Assembly (NCBI RefSeq): GCF_016432865.1
Contig: NC_067398.1
Span: forward strand, 55,490,001-55,554,000
Reading direction: 5' to 3'
DNA length: 64,000 bases
Source of the DNA: Antechinus flavipes
Lineage: Eukaryota
The notes under the pieces were generated by a model that had not been told where the DNA came from, made no database searches, and worked only from the letters and a program-made list of their open reading frames with translations. Positions 61,101-64,000 of the stretch are shown piece by piece (within the stretch, counting starts at the first letter, position 1; each line of letters begins with the position of its first letter). The position numbers and the translations under genes are program-made.

Positions 61101-62667
61101 AGTGAAAGACAGGAACCAATTTAATAAGTATTTGTTTTGTTATTAAGGTATAAGATACTAGAATAGGGGGCTCTACAAATACGAAGATCAACAGGCCACA
61201 CAGTTCCTGCTTTCAAGTAACCTTCATTTTCGTGGTGGGGTGAGACACAAATAACTAACATAAGGAGTGTAAAAAGAGAAAAGAAATTACCTAAAAATGT
61301 AAAAGAAAAAAAAGCATCAATAAATCAAAAATGCTTGGAAAAAATAAAAAGACGGCCCAAACAGGATGATGTTTTTACTTTCTTATTAAATGTATCAGAA
61401 CCTAAACTATGTAACAGAAGTTCAATTTTATGTTATTCAGTTGTCATGTCTGACTGTGTTCATGGGATTTTCTTGGCCAGGGTATTGGAATGGTTTGCCA
61501 TTTCCTCCATTCACTTCCTCTATGATCTTTCCTGAGCCACTTCACTACTAACAGTCTCCCTTCCCAGCTACCTTGTAATTAATTGTTTTGTATCTCTTTG
61601 TATTTATTCATGTAATTATTACACTTTATATACTTTATTTCTTGTTTCTCTCTTAGATCATTAGTTTCTTGAGGACGGTTATTGTTTTATTCTTTGTCTA
61701 TATCCCTAAAGTCTACCACAGTGTCTGGTGCATAATAGGTGTTTAATGGTTCCTTAGTGATAGATGTTTAACATGCTATATTTATTTTACATTTACAGTT
61801 CTCACTTGCAGGGAAATGTTAGTTAAATCACAAATAGTTCCTGGGAATTTTTGATGAGAGCTCTAGACAAGGAGGAACCAGCCCAAGGTTAACAAAGACA
61901 AACATGACCCTTTACTAAGTGCTTGCTATGATTATTATTATTTTAGTAGTATTTTATTTTTTCAAATACATATATAGTTTTCAGTATTCATTTTTTGTAA
62001 AACTTAGGGTTCTAAATTTTTCTCCTTTTTTCCTTTACCTTCCCCTTCCCCAAGACAGCAAGTAATATGATCATTCTTAAAAAGACAGAACTAACTTTGG
62101 AACTAAAGACATGGGTTCACATCTCATCCCCTAGAGCCTTTGTGACTCTGGGCAAACAAATTACCTCGACCTCAATTTCCTCTTCTGTTGAATTGAGGGG
62201 ACTAAACTAACTGGCCTCTGAGATTCTTGGGATTTAATTCTGTGGGTCTGTGGTTCTCCTGAACTGTATATATGTGACTTCAGGCACTTCCCAAAAACTT
62301 TTCTCAGCCCCTATTAGAAATTGTGACTCTAAAGTGGGATTGCTATGGGACTCTGGTGAAATGATTACATCAGGAAACTTAGAAAAGCATGCAGCATTAT
62401 TATTAATATAAGAGATTATTGGTCAGAGAGTATCAGTCTTAGCATGGTGTACTGAAGAAAACACTGGATTTGGAATGGGAAGACCTGAGTTCAAATAGTA
62501 GCTCTGGGACTCTACACTGATCTTTTCTTCCTCTAGACCCTCCACTCCATTGACTTTTTCAATGAAACTTCTCTTCTGTGATATCTTATCCAAAACTCTT
62601 TTCTTTTTTTGTCTTGTTTTCTATAGGTCCAGGGTGAATGAATGACGTGATGTCAAAGTGACTCAAA

Positions 62668-62922
62668 ATGAGAGGAGAGGAAGCAAGACAGAGGCGGAAG
62701 GAAGGGCAGCTGGGAAGTGAGGAACAGCCCCTGCTCAGAGAGGAGAGCCCAAGGCAGCCCGCAGCTGGAGCTGTGCCATGGACCTCCCGGGAGAGACATC
62801 CCCTAGATACTGCAAAGCCACAGGAAGAAACAGCTTTGATCATCGGCCTCCAAGTGGTCATTCCATTTATGCTCGCAGGCATGGGAATGACCATGGCTGG
62901 AATGTGTTTGAATTACATTCAG
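62668..62922 (+). CDS. SLC41A3: Solute carrier family 41 member 3 (MgtE-like Mg2+ transporter), first coding exon (85 codons); gene continues beyond window
   Basis: Exon 62627-62922 (long pyrimidine tract + ctatag| acceptor; CAG|gtaaga donor). MRGEEARQRR...EETALIIGLQVVIPFMLAGMGMTMAGMCLNYIQ resembles the recalled SLC41A3 N-terminus (RQRR ... IGLQVTVPFMFAGLG...LDYFQ); position downstream of ALDH1L1 matches known synteny. Confidence 0.9.
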
Positions 62923-64000
62923 GTAAGAGGGAAAAAATTAGGCAGATAGTCCCTTTGGGGCCATAATTAAGCCTTGATGCAGGAGAAGGCCTTCCAGCCC
63001 AAAGATCAATTGAATCACCTGTTCTCCAACCATTCTAGTTGCATTTCTTTGGGGTTTTAAAATATCCTGTTGCTGTTATGAAGAAAAAATAATATATGTA
63101 AAGTATGTCATAATCAATGGGGCCCCAATTAAATACCTACTATGTTCCAGGGGACTATATTGGGCAAAAGTTTATAGACTTTAGAGCACTGTGTAAATTA
63201 TGAGCTGCTATGTCATCATCATCATCAAACTGAAATTATTGGTGAATGCTTTCATCGGTTAGTTGACAATTAGCTATAATCAAAGCTGTACACAAATAAG
63301 GAGACTGGAAAGGCACTTGGAAGGGATAGAGAAGGAAGACAGTAAAAGGATCACTAATTTGGGAAATAGGCAGATGCTACAGGCAAATTCAGCAGTTTCA
63401 CAGGCTCACTATGCAATTGGTGGGTACGGCTATTGGGTAAGGCATTGTTTCGTTTTTGTATAATCATTTTCTTTTGGTCAATGGATTGAGGAAATAAGTG
63501 ACCCATAAGTACTATCTCCTCTAAGGTGGTTTTCCTGGTGTCTCCCACCTGTTTGTCCCTCCCCCCCTCATACTGTCTCCCTTGTCTCTGCTTGGCTAAA
63601 TCTGATCTAATCTTCAGCCTCCCTGTGATGCAAATAAAGAGAAGAAACAGCCAATTCTTTTTTTAAAAAAATTCTATGAAACAACTGAAATATGACAGGA
63701 GCAGGAATAATGCATATGGGGAAAGCAGCGTTTCTAGCTAGGCTGAGGGTTCCCAAATCCATCACCAAGACTTACTAAGCACCTGAAGTACCTTTTGTCT
63801 AGTCTAAGATCCTGCCTAGTAGAGGGGCTTTTTAGCATTATTGGGGAAGGAGATTTTTCTGATGGGCCTGGATCTTCTGCTCCTCATTTTGCTTTGAAAG
63901 ACCCTCTCTCAATTAAAGAAGAAAAGAAGGGATGGTGATATGAGGTCAAAAGGTGGGGTCAGGATCTCTCCTGAGAGTGAGCCAGGAAAATTCCCCAACT

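Noticed and set aside
23051-62640. In-frame ALDH1L1-SLC41A3 read-through fusion protein
   Set aside because: Splicing 23051 to 62627 gives G|GT CCA GGG TGA, a stop after three codons
62643-62650. TGACGTGA (UPRE/CRE-like) motif
   Set aside because: A single 8-mer in a transcribed exon ~14 kb from the promoter; expected by chance in 64 kb
1-64000. CRISPR arrays, operons, tRNA genes, NUMTs or endogenous non-retroviral virus genes
   Set aside because: Mammalian DNA with no regular repeat-spacer array. tRNA-like A/B boxes all belong to SINE heads, and I recognised no mitochondrial or viral coding motifs, though only a translated database search could exclude highly decayed ones.

Overview
Marsupial genomic DNA: CORE-SINEs, marsupial-type L1 3' ends, RTE-derived SINEs and an OC1-like hAT MITE are compatible with a dasyurid, and the assembly is a gapped draft. 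The + strand carries the last eight coding exons of ALDH1L1 (cytosolic 10-formyltetrahydrofolate dehydrogenase; 463-25804, 302 aa matching human residues ~601-902, intact GT-AG phases, catalytic Glu673/Cys707 present). About 22 kb of repeat-rich intergenic DNA follows, then a CpG-island promoter (~48.05-49.05 kb) and the first coding exon of the Mg2+ transporter SLC41A3 (ATG 62668). The rest is L1, L2, CR1/L3, RTE, SINE, hAT and solo-LTR relics plus microsatellites. The most unusual observations are: (1) a 76/76-bp inverted copy of part of an intronic LTR pasted into a neighbouring SINE, whose hairpin would loop out a perfect cryptic splice donor; (2) a 380-bp 3'UTR-like orphan insert flanked by a 17-18-bp direct repeat; (3) a 5S rRNA fragment fused to an RTE-type SINE; (4) a near-perfect RFX X-box with splice donors on both strands in the intergenic region; (5) three upstream ATGs within 30 nt of the SLC41A3 start codon; (6) an L1 3' end nested antisense in another L1 of the same type. 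No new multi-gene system is supported by the sequence. Gene and repeat family names come from recalled consensus sequences, not database searches, and most repeat boundaries are approximate.
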